Of a DNA stretch of 64,000 nt, positions 14,344 to 29,992 are shown piece after piece. This DNA is from the human T2T-CHM13v2.0 reference genome, Homo sapiens, in the NCBI RefSeq assembly GCF_009914755.1, contig NC_060928.1. The stretch is one strand, 5' to 3'. The notes below the pieces were generated by a model. It worked only from the letters and a program-made list of their open reading frames with translations, did not search any database and was not told the origin of the DNA. Numbering within the stretch: the first letter of the stretch is position 1; each line of letters starts with the position of its first letter. The position numbers and the translations under genes were made by a program.

Positions 14344-16595
14344 GTTTAGGGAGATGAAAGAGACCACCAAAAAGACAAATTCCTTTTGCTACCCAGTTGC
14401 TCCCTTTTTAAGCTGCTATTGGCCCTCACCTAGCAAATCTACATTTTTTTTTAAATTAAATGTGCATGTTTTCCATTTGTGTCCCATGGGTAATGATTCA
14501 CTAAGGTTATACCCTCCTTGCTAATGACTTCAATAACCACACAGGGTTCCTGGGTAGAGTATCTTCCTCCATGTGAAATATAACTAAAAGGACCAAGAAA
14601 CTTTGCCGCTAAGAAATATTTGTGATACCACTGTTACACCAATCAGATGAAAAAGAAACATCTATTCAGAGGATAGTCTTATGCTTTCTACAACCCGGAT
14701 TCTTAGCCCTCACACGGGAAGTACTGCTTCAATTTTGGAAAGAAATATTTTAGTTTCACATATGGCCAATATCAGCACCAACAAATCAATCATTTGAAAT
14801 TATTATCAATCTTTTGTCTGTACAATCAAGTAAGTAGGAGCGTGCTATTTAAATACGTTTACACACAGCACAACTCTACTGGCATCAGCATATTACAAAA
14901 ACCAATTTTCTTACATCAACTTCCATCTACTTCTAATTCTGTAGCATAGCTCTGGGGAGTTGCTACAAGGTCTGTGTAAACTGAAAACCTAAATAACATT
15001 ATGACGCCTATTACAGAACTAATTTATAATCTAATACCCCAGTTGAATTTAATATCCTATTTATTTATTCAAGCAAAATATCTGGAAAAATATGTCACAT
15101 CATAATGTAGTTGTTATGAAAATGGAAAAATAAGGCAGAATTTTAGAGAAAGCACGATAATTGCTAGGGACAGGTATGAGCAAGAATTTCAGATCCCCTC
15201 ACATGAGGAAGAGGCAGGAACCCTTTAATAAATAGGATTTTTGCTTTAGAATGCAATTATTGTCAAATTTAGTATTTTACATCAAATTTACAACTTTAAA
15301 ATGTGATTCCTATTAATGTTATCTGCTCAGAGCTAGTGCAGCATAAAACTGTTGGCCAAGAGATGCCACCTCATCAACAGTCTTTAACAACTCCATTCCC
15401 ATCCTGGATGGAAGAACTGAGCTTTATGGCAGCATTTATAAGCATGCACTGCCAATACAAATGCACAAGTGATATGCATATATATAATACACACAGGCTA
15501 ATGGGAAGAACTATAGAGCTGCTTCTGTGAATACGAAGTTTCATACTGATTTCTGCACCTAAGATAAAAGGAGGGAAGCGAGAAAGAATTGAAGGAAATG
15601 AGGGAAGGAAAACATGACATTTGACATTGCAAAGCTACGGAAAGCATAAATATAAAAACACTACAAAGTGATCGTTACACCCTATAGCTGAACGCTTTTA
15701 GCCATCCAGGAAGCAGAGGGAGGACTTAATGAAAGTTTAGTGGGGCTCAACAGTACATTTACACTAGAGTTCCGAAGACTCAAAGAAAGGGCAGCAGCCA
15801 CCTTCAATCACCTGAATCCCTCCAGTAAACAAGGAAAATGCCTACCACTTGTTTTCTCTTGAGGTAGAAGCCATGATTATAGCTTGGGGAGGAGCTCAAA
15901 GTCACATTGTCAGAAAAGGAACTATGACTCAAAGCTCCAGGTCCTGTAAGTCCACATGCATCCAGGTGCACAACCACGCAAATGCATGTGTGCCTACCCT
16001 CACACTGGTGACTTCCATTCCTACACAAATGCAGAACAAGTATCTGTCTCTACACAAGGTCTCAGACATCGAGGTCCTTGAGTCCTATTCTAAACCTGCG
16101 TGACTGGATTGCCAGTCCTACTCTTGACTGCCTGTATTTTTAATACCTTCCCCAGGTTATTCTTCAAAGTTTAGGAACCAATGGCCTCTGTGATCATATT
16201 TGAGAGGCATCTGAGAAGAGCTCTTTGCCCCCGAAATTATTACAACACTACTCTCTCAATACCCTGGAATCCCATAATTAGCAATTCATTCTTTGCCTCT
16301 TAAAGGTTTTCTGGTCTCCAAAGGTAGGAAAATTAAACTCAAATATACCTAAGAGAAGAAATAGCTTAAGTCCTCTTATCAGATGATGTCTTGTTAGATA
16401 CTGAAGCCCTGCAGAAATTAAACAAGGCAAGCCCAAAAGGGCAAGAAAAAGACTCATAAAAGGGAAGTATGGAGCACACGTGAGTAGACCCAGTCCTGCA
16501 CAGACAGATACATGGAGTCTAGGATCACATATAACCCCCAAGCAAAATGATGAATATCAAGCGTCAGGCACCTCAGCTCCATGTAGCTCTTCTGA

Positions 16596-16922
<327 letters not shown>

Positions 16923-17523
16923 CACATGTAGACTTTGATATAAGAGTCATGCCCTCTCCTGACAGATGAGCCCCTTCTGGTGGCTTACTTTCTCCAAATA
17001 TACAGTGGGCCCCCAACTGTTTCCCAAGCAGCCCTCCAAGTGTAGGCTCTGTCTCACTCCTCTTCTTGCCCCCACCCCTCCAACAGTGTCAGCTCAATTA
17101 GGATGCTGCATGGGAACTATGAAGCCTGTCTCTTCCTTGACCATTTTAGCTGCTCTCTGTGAAGGTATATGTATGCAACAGAAACCCAGCTCAGCACTCT
17201 ATTGATTATTACCTATAAATCTAACTGCTCATAAAAAGACTCCATGAAATACAATCCAGGGACATAAATCTCTCTAGGCGAGATGAAATCTGATGGGAAA
17301 TAAAATTCCCTCATTTCATTTATTTCCTTGTTTAAAAGACTAACTTTGCAATCAGCTACGAACATTAACATGAGCTAGCAGGGGGGTCGAGGACAGAGTA
17401 CCAAATGGGGGTCAGGACAGGAGAGCAAATGCTGCTCCTGTCACTAATGGGCTATGTGTCATCAGTAAGTAATTTACCCTCTCTGAGCTTCAGTTTCGTC
17501 ATCTCTAAAAGAAGGATAATAAG

Positions 17524-17830
17524 GGGTGGGTGTGGTGGCTCATACCCGTAACCCCAGGGCTTTGGGAGGCTGAGGCTGGAGGAATGCTTGAGGCCAGGAG
17601 TTTGAGACCAGCCTGGGCTACACAGCAAGACCTTTGCTCTATAAAAATTTTGAAAATAAGACCGGCGTGGTGGCTCATGCTTGTAGTCCCAGCTACTCAA
17701 GAGTCTGGGCTCACTTGAGCCCAGGAGTTCGAAGCTGCCATAAGTTATGATTGCACCACTGCACTCCAGCCTGGGTGACAGAGCAAGATCCTGTCTCCAA
17801 AAAAAATAAAAATAAAAATTGAAATAAAAT
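17524..17830 (+). mobile_element. AluJ within a MIR (~17370-17920)
   Basis: GAGGCCAGGAGTTTGAGACCAGCCTGGG, GAGCCCAGGAGTTCGAAGCTGC, A-rich tail. Confidence 0.92.
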
Positions 17831-20107
17831 AAGACGAAAAATTTAAAAAAGACAATAAACTCCTTTGCGTGGCTTCTGTGAGATTAAATTAGATATACTA
17901 CAATGTACCAAGCATAATTTAGGAGTTCAAGGGGTGTTATAAGCACCCCATCTATACCTTTAAAAGGAACTTATTATCTAGAAAAACAATCCATACCTTC
18001 TTGTGTCAAGTCCAAGTGATGGCTAATAAGATGTATTTATTTATTCAACTAACATTTATTGAGCACCAACTATGTGTCAGACTTTGTCCTAGGTACTGGG
18101 AATTTGTCCACCTCTAATTATAAAAGGTTATGTACAACACTTAAGGCTACACACAAGAAAAAACAGACAGTGGACAAATTTTTTTTGCAAAAAGTTATAT
18201 ACTGCACACAGGCTCAGTCCCTTCCGTTTTTCATGATTTTTGAAAAAGCATGCCCATCCTCTTGAAGCCTCAGAGACCTTCACCCCAACTCCTTCCCTTT
18301 CTTCTCGTGGCTCCAAGCAAAGGTCAGCTTTGATTTTCCACACCGTGTTGCTATTTTGACTTAACAAACTGACAAATCCCTACATTGTGAGCTTTGTAAG
18401 GAAAACAACAAAGTCGTATGATTTTTTTTTACTTCCCCCTCACCAGAAGTGTGTCTGCACACAGTAGTCAAACCACACAGCTGAACCTTTGCTCCCAGAA
18501 CAGAAAGCATCCACATCAACACTCTCCCCTAGGTCACTCTTACTCACCAGAAAGTCAGCCCCTGAGCCGAAGCAGCTGAGTCCTAGATACGTTTTCCCAC
18601 AGCAAAAATACTAAATAGAAACTGTTTGTTCCTGGACCAAGAAGGAAAGCTTACAAGGCTGAGGAAAACATTGGTGTTAGCATTGTCACTTCAGTGGGCC
18701 AGCAAAATTTGCCACCACTTTTTTCCATCTAACCTTTTTGGCCTTCCAATTCTATACTTCCGTGGTCCAACCACATGGTACAAAAACACATTCCACTCTG
18801 TTCCAACCTGCTTGAACAATCAAAGGGTATATGGCTTGAGTGAATTCAATGCCTCTCCGTTTTGCTTTTTCCCGCTACAAATATGTGGTGCAGATAAATG
18901 AGAAGCCTTGAGTTGACTAAATGCTGGGAAAAGAGCAATGCAAGATTTAGTGATTTCCCAGACATCATGAGAAAGAAAGAATATGAACCTATTAACTGAT
19001 CTTTGTACAATCCCAATCTTGGGTCACATGTAGGGAAGGTTGGAGCTGGAGAAATAGAACATGGGAGTGTTCAGGATGATAGAGAAAGAAGTAACGGGGG
19101 GAGAAGAAAACAAGATCCTTCTATCTTGAATTCTGTAGAGAGGCAAGCATTTGTTATCGTTGTGTCTAGCTCTCAAACCAAAAAAAGTAAAATCAAACAA
19201 ACAAAGAATTCACCAGCCAGAACCAGGCAGACTCTCCCGCGTTGATTCACACATGGTCTTCTCACTCCCCACTCCTGCCACAGATGGTGACAAAGCTCCA
19301 CTGACACACGCGGCACCCTCAGGCACTGAAACTTCCTCCGCAGTCCCCCTGCAAGGGTGACTGACTGTCACGCTCTCGGCTGGCATGGGGCAATCTCTGC
19401 CACCCCCCTTCTTGTCTCTGCTCCCATCAAAATGGCACATTGATAGAAATGTGCTCAGGATGTGCAATTTGGGGCAGATAGTTGCTGGAGTTCCCATATG
19501 CTTAAGGTACATAACTGGGCCACTGAGAAAAGGGAATTTAAGCATTCTAGAAAACAGCAGGAGAGCAAATTGGCCTTTCCCTCTGAGAGCTATTATTAGA
19601 GAGGCCCAGCCCAATTCAGCCAGAAAGCCAATATCTAGCCCATCCGCTCTTTCTCGCCAACAATGCCCCACACATCCCGCCCCCTTTCAAATAGAACTGC
19701 CCTGATGCATCCCAGCCAGACACACGTCTCATCTTTAATGTTAACCACTGGCTTGCAGAGATCAGTGGAAGCGTCCCTTCTCATAGAGCAACTCGACAGT
19801 CCAAAGTTTAATTCCACATAATACGGAGAACTCACGGAACATGGCATTACATTTGATTTGTACTCGTGGAATTTGGCAGCCTGCTAGCTCTTCTCTCTGT
19901 GTACCTGCTGAAGTCACAGCTGCTATCTAAACTTTGTAAATAAATGCTAAACAAATGCCAAATAAAGAAACCAACTTCCCAGGAAGCAGAAAGGGCAGGA
20001 GATCACAGTTTTTGTTCTCAGAAATATGCTGTGACCTGCTTCAGAGCTGCATCCTGAAAGCTTAGGTGTGTCTCTGCTCTCCTGTCTCTTGGAAGCTCTT
20101 TTCCTTC

Positions 20108-20205
20108 TGGAGGGAGGGAGAGAAGAAGAAAGGAAGGAAGGGAGGGAGGAAAGAAGGGAAAGGAAGGCAGAGAAAGAGAAGGGAAGGAGAGAGGAAAGAA
20201 AAAAA
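20108..20205. repeat. (GGAA/GAAA)-rich polypurine tract
   Basis: Direct reading. Confidence 0.85.
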
Positions 20206-20843
20206 CTTCTATTATCTGTCTCCCTGCTAATGAGTAGAAAATAGTGGTCGGGAAGATAACACACAGCTTTATTATTTCTTAGAGCACACATTTCTATGAA
20301 AAGTAGAGATTTTGCAGTCAATTTTTTTAGTGGACTTAATCTCCAATGGTGCAATGAAAGTTAATGAGAAAATGGGTTTCATTCCATTTGATCCCCAAGT
20401 TTTCAGGCATGTATCCATTGCATATGTGAAGACACTTTTGTTGTTCCTCGTCTTTGGCATTCTGGGACACATTTCTCAACAGCAACTTCTTGCTGAAGCC
20501 TTATAAAGTTAATCACTCAAGATATTCTGGCATGTGGCAGTCCATGTTCTCTTGGGTACAAGTAATATACAACTGAATCAACCAACCAAAGCTGGAGAAG
20601 CCCAGCATGTTTCATCATGGGTAGAAATATGCTTTATGAGTGGGCTGTCAGGCAGCCACCTCTATTTCCCTGCCTATCTCAAAGGATACATCTATCCCAT
20701 ATACAAGATTAGGAACTAGAAGGAGGTATAGGCTTGACATGTGGCATATACATGACTTACAGCTCACCTCTGCCATTCAGATTCTGGCTTCTCGTGACTT
20801 CAGCCAAGCAAATTCAGTAACAGTGATGAAACTTACAGCTACC

Positions 20844-21266
20844 CGTCTTAGTCTGTTTTGTGTTGCTATGTAGGAATACCTGAGGCTGGGTAAATTATAA
20901 AGAAAAGAGGTTTATTTGGCTCACAGTTCAGCAGACTGTACAGGAAGCATGGCATCAGCATCTACATCTGGTGAGAGCCTCAGGCTGTTTCCACTCACAG
21001 TGGAAGATGAAGAGGAGACAGCATGTGTAGAGATCACACAGTGCAAGAGGATCTCACAGAGAGAAGAGTGAGGTGCCAGGCTCTTTGTGACGACCAGTTC
21101 TCATGGGAACCAATACAGCAAGAACTCACCGCAGAGAGAGGGCATTAATCTACTTATGAAGGATCCACTCCCATGACCACAACACCTCCCATTAGGTCCC
21201 ACCTCCAACACTGAGGATTGAATTTCAACATGAGGTTTGAAGGGGACGAAAACCGAAATCATAACA
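20844..21266 (-). mobile_element. MSTB-like MaLR solo LTR
   Basis: GTCTTAGTCTGTTTTGTGTTGCTAT..GAATACCTGAGGCTGGGTAA..CCCACCTCCAACACTG; TSD CTACC/CTACA. Confidence 0.9.
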
Positions 21267-21269
21267 CTA

Positions 21270-21880
21270 CAATTTATTGAATATTTACTATACAGCAGGC
21301 TCTGTGCAATAGCCCTTTCTTGTCTTCCCCTAATAAACCAGAAGTTCCATGAAGGGCAGAGATCATGCCTCTGTTTCTTCCCCCCCACCCCCAATCTTTT
21401 ATTTTTCTTTTGGCTTGCTGTTGTCCATACCACATAATAATGGCTAACATTGACATAGCACTAACTAGGTGCCAGACACATTCTAAGGACTTTACATAGA
21501 GAAACTTATCAAATTCCCACAGCAAGCCTATAAGGCAGATACTCTTATCTCTGATGCAACAACTGAGGCTCAAAGGGCTTCAGCAAATTGTCCAAGGAAG
21601 CATTGAAACCAGAATTCTAACACAGATCTTCTGATTCCAGAATCTATGCTTTTAACCTCTTGCTATTATAGGATGTTTATTACATCAATAAACATTTTTT
21701 GAATGAATGAAAGATTTCATGTGAACATTACAGCAACCCAATGGAGCAAATAAGATGATTACTATCTACCAATTAGGAAACTGAGACTCAGAGTGGTTAA
21801 GCAACTTGCCCTAGGTCACATAGTTGTACAGAATGAGGACCCCACACAGGTTTTTCTGACATGGAGGCCCATGATCTTGA
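21270..21880 (-). mobile_element. Cluster of L2 and MIR fragments
   Basis: ATTTATTGAATATTTACTA; ACTGAGGCTCAAAGGG; GAAACTGAGACTCAGAGTGGTTAAGCAACTTGCCC. Confidence 0.7.
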
Positions 21881-23302
21881 AATAACTGTGGTATTACATA
21901 ACCATGTAACCAAGCAATTCCCTAACCTACACTTTGAGTCAGTGGCTCCACTTCTCCATCTTGTCAATAACAGCGTCTATTTCTGCACACAAAGAAACTT
22001 GTTTAATAAAGCAGATATAACTCTTTAGGGGTTGGAGTGTGTGGCTTTTGTTGCCCCCAAATCAGCTGCATAACAAAAAGAAAGGCTGGTATTTTAGGTG
22101 ACGAGTGAAAAATGGGTCAGGCAGCTCTCTGATTTCATAGGAACCTGTCCATCAGAACGTGTCACTGATGAGGACTTTATCTGTATGGTTAATTCTGTAA
22201 GGAACGTCTCCATGGGCAGCTCTGAACATTTCTTACTCAGTATTGGAAGCACTTGGTGCCAAGCAGCACAGGGCCTAGTGGCGTTGATGACATATTGCAG
22301 CTAAATCAAAACCTTGTCCCTCTCTTTCATCCAGGCACAGTCCTGTGAGTCAGTGAGGTCTCCCTCAGCCATGGAAAACTTTTACCTTTTTTTCCAGCAC
22401 TTGCTCCGGCTGCTTGCTCCTAAATGACTGTTCTTCCATCTGATTATTTTTCTTCCATACACACCTGTCACCCAACTTTTCATTTTTTAAAAAGTTTTAA
22501 AAATTTATTATTCCTGAAGCGAGAACCTGAGAATAAGCGGGCGATTAACAGAATCATTTGACTGACCTTCAGGGGACCTAACCGTAGGTGATTGATGAAA
22601 TGGCTACAGGTTTAAGCAGAAGGTCAGCTTCAATAATACGGCAGTTACTTCCCGTGCTCCTTACAAACCAACTCAGTCGCTGGCCCTCACTTCTCCTTTG
22701 CAACATTTTTAAGGTGAAGATATATGACTGATTCCTCTACAAGCCACCCCCTTGTGAGGCTCATTATGTAGTGACAAAGACATGGTGGTGGTATTTGATC
22801 CAAAAAGATCATGATCTAACAACAGACATGATTGTTCTCGACCACCAAGGTTCACTGTCAGTTACTTTTCCACCCTATCCATGTCGACCTCCCACTGGGT
22901 TATGGCAAGAGGTTACTTGGATGGTAGTCCTCACTGCACCACCAACTAGCCATGCCATGGGATCCATCCCTGCTTCCCCTTTCTCACATTTAAAGTGGGG
23001 GTCATACCACCTGCCCTACCCACCTTCAGGTATTTAATACATGAAAGTTCTAACTGGCAGCATTTGAACTTGAAAGAGGGAACAAACGAAGGAAACGGCT
23101 TCATTTACATTTTTTTCCGGCAACTTTTAAGCATTAGTAGTAGGCAACTCTTTAACCTGATGAACATTTAAGAGGATAGTTCAGCTTTTCTTTAGAAAGT
23201 AGACCAATAAATAGAAAGAATGATAACAACCATCAAGGGGCCACTGCATCATTTTGCCTGCATCATCTCAGTGAGTCCCCAGAGGAATCCTATAAAATCA
23301 AG

Positions 23303-23560
23303 GCAGTGGAGAGTGGTTAGAAGCAGAGGCCCTGGGCCCATACCACCTAGACTGAAATGCTGGTTCACCCACTGACTGGCTGTGTGACCTTGGGCAAGTC
23401 ATTTAATTCACCTTGCTTCAGCTCTGTACACAGAGAAAAGGGATAATGACACTCAGCTCTCAGACTGCTGAAAGGATTAAACAAGTCAATATGTATAAAG
23501 TATTTGAACGGGTCTTGGCCCATGACTAGGGCTCAAATAAGCATTGCATATCAGTATTAC
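23303..23560 (+). mobile_element. MIR nested in an antisense MIR (~23215-24065)
   Basis: GGCTGTGTGACCTTGGGCAAGTCATTTAA MIR core. Confidence 0.8.
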
Positions 23561-23627
23561 TGTCATTAATCCAGCTTTACAGATGGGGAAACTGAGGATT
23601 GGGGAGGCTACTTAAAAGGCATACTCA

Positions 23628-23979
<352 letters not shown>

Positions 23980-24376
23980 TCAAAGTCATGACTATTGAGT
24001 GGAAAGCAACATGGGGATTTGAACTAGGCAGTCTAACTGCAGAACCCAAGTTCTTAACCACTCCATTCACTTCTTCCTAGGGTCAATGTTTACTTCTGAG
24101 TTTCTTAGCCTTATGAAATCAATTTAAAATGGACATTTTGAAGGGAAAAGGGCTTCAAAGGGGCAGTACAGTGTCAAGTCAGGAATATAGGGAAGTGTGC
24201 GCCCCATTGTTTCCAGAATACCAGTGGGGAAGGGGTTACCCAAAGCTTCACAGACTTGGGGACAGCTCTGCCCCTCACCCCAGACCCTCTACAAAGAAAT
24301 GAACTTTCCCAATATGTCTCTGCCCTGAAGCAGGATGTAAAAGAAGAGTATTCATTCCTTAGAAAAGAAAGAAGAA

Positions 24377-24720
<344 letters not shown>

Positions 24721-25169
24721 CTAGGGTTGTATGCAGCCCTTTTGTTCTCATGAGAACTTTGCATTGATAAAGTTAATCTTGGACACAAGAAGGAGATGCT
24801 GTTGCCTATACATAGCTTCCCAAATGAATGTTTCCCTGCTGATGTCTTACTAGTCATGGTTTATGCTTTTGCATTAAGCCTGTATCCATCAAGTCCTCCT
24901 CTTTCAAACTACAAATATGTTCTAGGTAAGTAAGAAATTAAATCCTGGTCCCTGGTACTGCCTGTGTTCCTCAGATCCTTTTTCCACATGGTGAGATACA
25001 CAAGCACATGGATGTCCTCAGAAAGGAATGAGGAATGAGAGGGTGAAAGGGGGCTGTAAAAAAACAGGTGGGGGAAAAGCCTTCAAGATTCTGCCAAACA
25101 GAAGTGACACGACTTGATGTTTCATGGTAGAGAAGAAAAAGTGGTGCTTACTATGGCGAGTGTTGTCAT

Positions 25170-25290
25170 GTACTACAGATTGTAAAATTGAGCTTCAGAG
25201 AGGTTAAATGACTTGCTCAAGATAACACAGCTAATAAGGAACAGAGATGAGATTTGAACATGTTTCTCTCCAAATCCCATAATCTTATCC
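25170..25290 (-). mobile_element. MIR
   Basis: CAGAGAGGTTAAATGACTTGCTCAAGATAACACAGCTA. Confidence 0.8.
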
Positions 25291-26317
25291 CCAAAGCCTC
25301 TGCCTCTCTCTGTTAAACTACCTATTCTTGCAACTCAGGCATCACCTTGGGTCTCCCTATTTCTAAATCAGAATCTGTGCTCAACCATTTCTCTGCAGGT
25401 CATTGGGTGTACAAACTTTTCTCCCTCATATATATTCTTCATTTCCCCACCACTTCCAATGCAGTCATGAGGATAAAAATATGTGATTTCGTTTCTCCCC
25501 ATAATTTCTCTTCTAGAAGGCTATGGCCACAGTCAGCAGCAGCAGTGGTTGCACTGAAGCTTAAGAAAAAGCGAAACTATTAAGCCACAGTTCATCCCTC
25601 TTCAACTACTCTGCCCAAACTTTCAGAGGAAACAATGCTCCTATTACAGCAGCAATCCCCTGAGGTTCAACCAGCAGCCAAGAGCAAAATCCCTGAACCC
25701 ATACAGGCTTTCCCTCTCTCCCTCTTTTACCAATCTCTGCATGCAAGCATGTCTCGGTGGGAAAATACCCACTACGAAAGAGAACAGGTGAATGATACGT
25801 TCAATTGTCCAAGCAGTCAGTGCCCAGAGAACAAAATAGAGTCTTAAAGTCATGATATGGCTATTGCTACCGAGGGAAAGTTGTCCAAAGCTACAGGCTT
25901 CTACTCACAGAGGGAAAGGTATAGAATTATCTATTCCTTAGTCTTGTTCTTCTCTCCTGCTAATAGCAACCACTTCCCATGATAGGGACTGAAAATACCT
26001 AATATTTATTTTCCCAGCCTGCCTTACAACTAAGATATCATTAAGTGTCTTAATCATGACCACAAAGATCTGAGGGGAAAGTCTGTAGGTGGCTCCCAAG
26101 AGAAGTTTACCTCCCTGATCAACAGATGCCTAGGAAGAAACTCTCTTTCCTGGAAGCCTTTGGATTTGAGTGTGTGATGCCAGAGCAGCCATCCAAGCCC
26201 AAGGACCAGCCAACGCACAGAAGATGGCTGAGTGAAGGCACAGAGAGAATCTGGGCTCAGATGCCATCGTTGAATCTCTGATCCAATTCTGAAACCACCT
26301 TTCCTCCACACTCCTTA

Positions 26318-26992
26318 TGTATTAGTTGTCTATTGCTGTGTAACAAATCACCCCAAACTTTGGCAGCTTAAAATAGCAAACATTATCTCACAGCTTCAGT
26401 GAACCAGGAATCAGAGCAGCGTAGGTGAGGAATTCGGGCTCAGGGTCTCCCACAAGAAGGCTACAAGCAAGATGCTGGCGAGGGCTACAGTCATCTCAAG
26501 GTTGAGCTGGGGCAGGATCTACTCCCAAGCTTCCTCACACAGGCCACTCTACAGCATGGCAACTGGCTTCCCCAAGAGAAAGAGATCTTAAGAAATAAAG
26601 AGAGTGATAAAAAGAACCCCAGGATGGAGATCAGTCTTTATAACCCAATCCTATTATTCCTGCTACATTCTATTCTTTTAACTGAGAGGTTCTCAACCAC
26701 GGTACCACCGACATTCATTTTAGGTTGGATAATTCTTTGTTGCCAGGGCTGTCCTGTGCATTATAGAATAGCTAGCAGCATCCCTGAGCTCTACCTACTA
26801 GATGCCAGTATTACCACCACCAGCCCCAGTTGTGACCAAAAAAAAAAAATGTATCCAGACATTGCCAAATGTCCTACAGGGACAAATCATTCCCAGTCGA
26901 GAATCACTGGTTTATAATGAGTCACAAAATCTCACACTCAAAGGCATGAATACCAGGAAGCAGCGATGGTTGAGCGCCCTCTTAGAGGCTAC
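26318..26992 (-). mobile_element. MLT1F-like LTR
   Basis: TGTATTAGTTGTCTATTGCTGTGTAACAAATCACCCCAAA..GGCATGAATACCAGGAAG. Confidence 0.85.
26684..26910 (-). mobile_element. MER20 (hAT-Charlie)
   Basis: GGTTCTCAACC..GGATAATTCTTTGTTG..CTCTACCTACTAGATGCCAGTA..CCAGACATTGCCAAATGTCC. Confidence 0.92.
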
Positions 26993-27263
26993 ATACTTCA
27001 TCTTGTTTTATAAGATAATCAACTTCTTTAATGTTTAAGCCACTTAATATTGACCCTTTGGTTATTTGAAGCCAAGAGCACCCTAAATGATATAAAGGGA
27101 CTAGCCACTTATCTATGAATAAGGTTATTTTGTCCATCTTTCAGGAGTGCTGAGAAAAAAAAATCAAGCAAAGTACCATTCTTACCAAGAAAGTGGCCCT
27201 CTAGTGCCCTGATACAGAACCAAGAGCTCCCATTTCAGACCAATAAAATGCTCAACACCACAT

Positions 27264-27264
<1 letters not shown>

Positions 27265-27300
<36 letters not shown>
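27265..27300. repeat. (CA)n microsatellite
   Basis: Direct reading. Confidence 0.95.
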
Positions 27301-27301
<1 letters not shown>

Positions 27302-28573
27302 CTGCACTCATCTGGTGCACTTTCCATGGATGGAGAAGACACAATAGTCAGAATACCAAGGAAGACAGCAGTAAAAAATGCTACTACTTCCAAAAAGAAA
27401 TGGTCATATTATACCATTTCTTTAGGCTTTAGGAATTCTTCAGGCTTTTAATAAAGGTTATATGCTCAGAAAAAGACGGCTCCTGACCTGTCTGGTTCTA
27501 GAGTGGAAATGGAGAAGAGTCACATACCATTTAGCAGCCTTAAACGTTGACTGTGAGGCAAAGGAGAATGCCAACCAGCTGATCCAGCAGCTCCTTCTCT
27601 CATATTTCTGCCTGCTCACACCCTCTCTCCCTCCCCCTCACCCACCCTGGCAACTTTGCGGGTGCCCTCCAAGTAAACCCTCTTTAGAAACCTAGCAACT
27701 CTTGGATTTTCCCTCAACATCTATATTCATTCTTCAAGCTTTCAACCCATTCCTGTTCTCTGAGTAGCTTTACTGTTATATCCCAGACCTGAATTACAGG
27801 AGCCTGTGCAATTTACCAACAACCCTGGTTTTCATTTTTCAGATCCTTCAGCAGCTGACCACTCCTCAGTCTCCCAGGGGCAAAGAGCTTCTTTCTACCT
27901 TATTATGACCCTAGCTGGGTTTCTCAACCTTCCAGGCTTTGAACACATGGTCCTAGGGAAAGGCCATATGGTGATTTTTGTTCAAAAACTAAGGGTCTTT
28001 TTATCAGCCTAACCCATCCCTTTACAGAGCTCCCTCAGGAGATTACAAAGTCTGTAACAGGCATCCGAAACCAATTATCAACTAAGGGGCAGTAGTCCCA
28101 GGAATAACTATGGAGTTCAAGATGAAAGGCTCAAAATGAAAGCTATTTCCAATACAAATATCTCTTAGAATGGTAGAAATAAACCTTGGAGGAAAATGAC
28201 ATTTTTGTAAAATGTGTTTTATGACACTGTAATGATTAATGGCATTTCACACTAATAAAGTTGACAGGAAGAGGATGCGAAAGACTAACAAAAGTGCAAA
28301 TACAAATTTCCTTTTAATATCACCAGCATTTTTCTACAAGAACAAGACATGCACCAACAGGATAAGAGGAATGGCTATTTTAAAAATCCAAAATAAATAA
28401 ATAAACGGCAGTAGACATCAACAACACAACCAAGTGAATAGTAAGTTCCATTTGATGGATGCCTTAGAGAGACGACTGCAAATATTCCTCCCTCTTTTTA
28501 GTTACCAATGCTTTTTGCTGACCAAGACTTGTACCTGATGACATGGGATCTTACTGCTCAAAGAAAAAGTTAG

Positions 28574-28933
<360 letters not shown>

Positions 28934-29468
28934 TTATATTGCTCCATTTCAGCAAATCCATGCCTTACCTCTCTTCTCTGACCCTTCGCTGCACTCTCAG
29001 GGGAGAGCTGAACCTTCCCACCCAAGGTTGGCCCCTCTAACATGGCCATCAATCCTGCCTCCTCCAACCCTCTGGGACATTTCTTCTTCTCTACTTCACC
29101 AACATCTCATTCTCTCCTCGACACTTCCCCTCATGGGAAGTTTTCTCCACATAGAAAATAACTTCACGTGTTCATGTTTGTTAACTGTTATTTTATTTCA
29201 CTTCTTTCTCTAACTCCTGGGATGAGAGGTCTCTGTCCATCTTCTCACTAGTGATTCCTCAATATGAGGAGGAATCTGAAATCTGGCATCTATTTGTACT
29301 ACTTGGGGAGACTGACCACGGAACATCATCAGGAGATCTCTCCAGCCAATTCCTGAGACCTTATCTCATTTCTTATTCTGCTAAACTTCCTGAGGCACTT
29401 GACATTGATCACCACTTCCAGCTTTTTTTTAATTTATCTCCCATGTCTCTGACTCCTCCTTTACCTTC

Positions 29469-29833
29469 TGTATTAGTCTGTTCTCACACTGCTAATAAAG
29501 GCATACCCAAGACTGGGTAATTTATAAAGGAAAGAGGTTTAATGGACTCACAGTTCCACATGGCTGGGGGGGCCTCCCAATCATGGAGGAATATTGATGA
29601 GGAGCAAAGTCACATCTTACATGGTAGCAGGCAAAAAAGCTTGTGCAGGGGAACTCCCATTTATGAAACCATCAGATCTCATAAGACTTATTCACTATCA
29701 TGAGTACAGCACGGGGAAAAACCCACCCCCATGATTCAATTACCTCCCATAGGATCCCTCCCACGACATGTGGGAATTACGGGAGCTACAATTCAAGATG
29801 AGATTTGGGTGGGGACACAGCCAAACCATATCA
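29469..29833 (-). mobile_element. THE1 (B/C/D) MaLR solo LTR
   Basis: TGTATTAGTCTGTTCTCACACTGCTAATAAAG..GGGACACAGCCAAACCATATCA; perfect TSD CCTTC. Confidence 0.95.
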
Positions 29834-29838
29834 CCTTC

Positions 29839-29992
29839 TTTTTTTTTTAAATTTATTTTTATTTTTTCCATAGGTTGTTGGGGTATAGGTGGTGTTTGGT
29901 TACATGAGTAAGTTCTGTAGTGGTGATCTGTGAGATTTTGGTGTACCCATCACCCGAGCAGTATACACTGCACCCAATTTATAGTCTTTTAT
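29839..29992 (-). mobile_element. L1PB 3' end
   Basis: Poly-T then TTGGTTACATGAGTAAGTTCT.TAGTGGTGAT.TGTGAGATTTTGGTGTACCCATCACCCGAGCAGTATAC. Confidence 0.88.

Larger units (their letters stand above)
25935..27095 (+). mobile_element. Old MLT1 (H/I/J-like) LTR hosting nested insertions
   Basis: TTCCCAGCCTGCCTTACAACTAAG..AAGATGGCTGAGTG; 3' end TGTTTAAGCCAC..CCTAAATGATATA resumes at ~26995. Confidence 0.7.

Noticed and set aside
29560-29572. PRDM9 hotspot position in the THE1 LTR
   Set aside because: Minus strand reads CCCCCCCAGCCAT, not the hot CCTCCCTAGCCAC variant.
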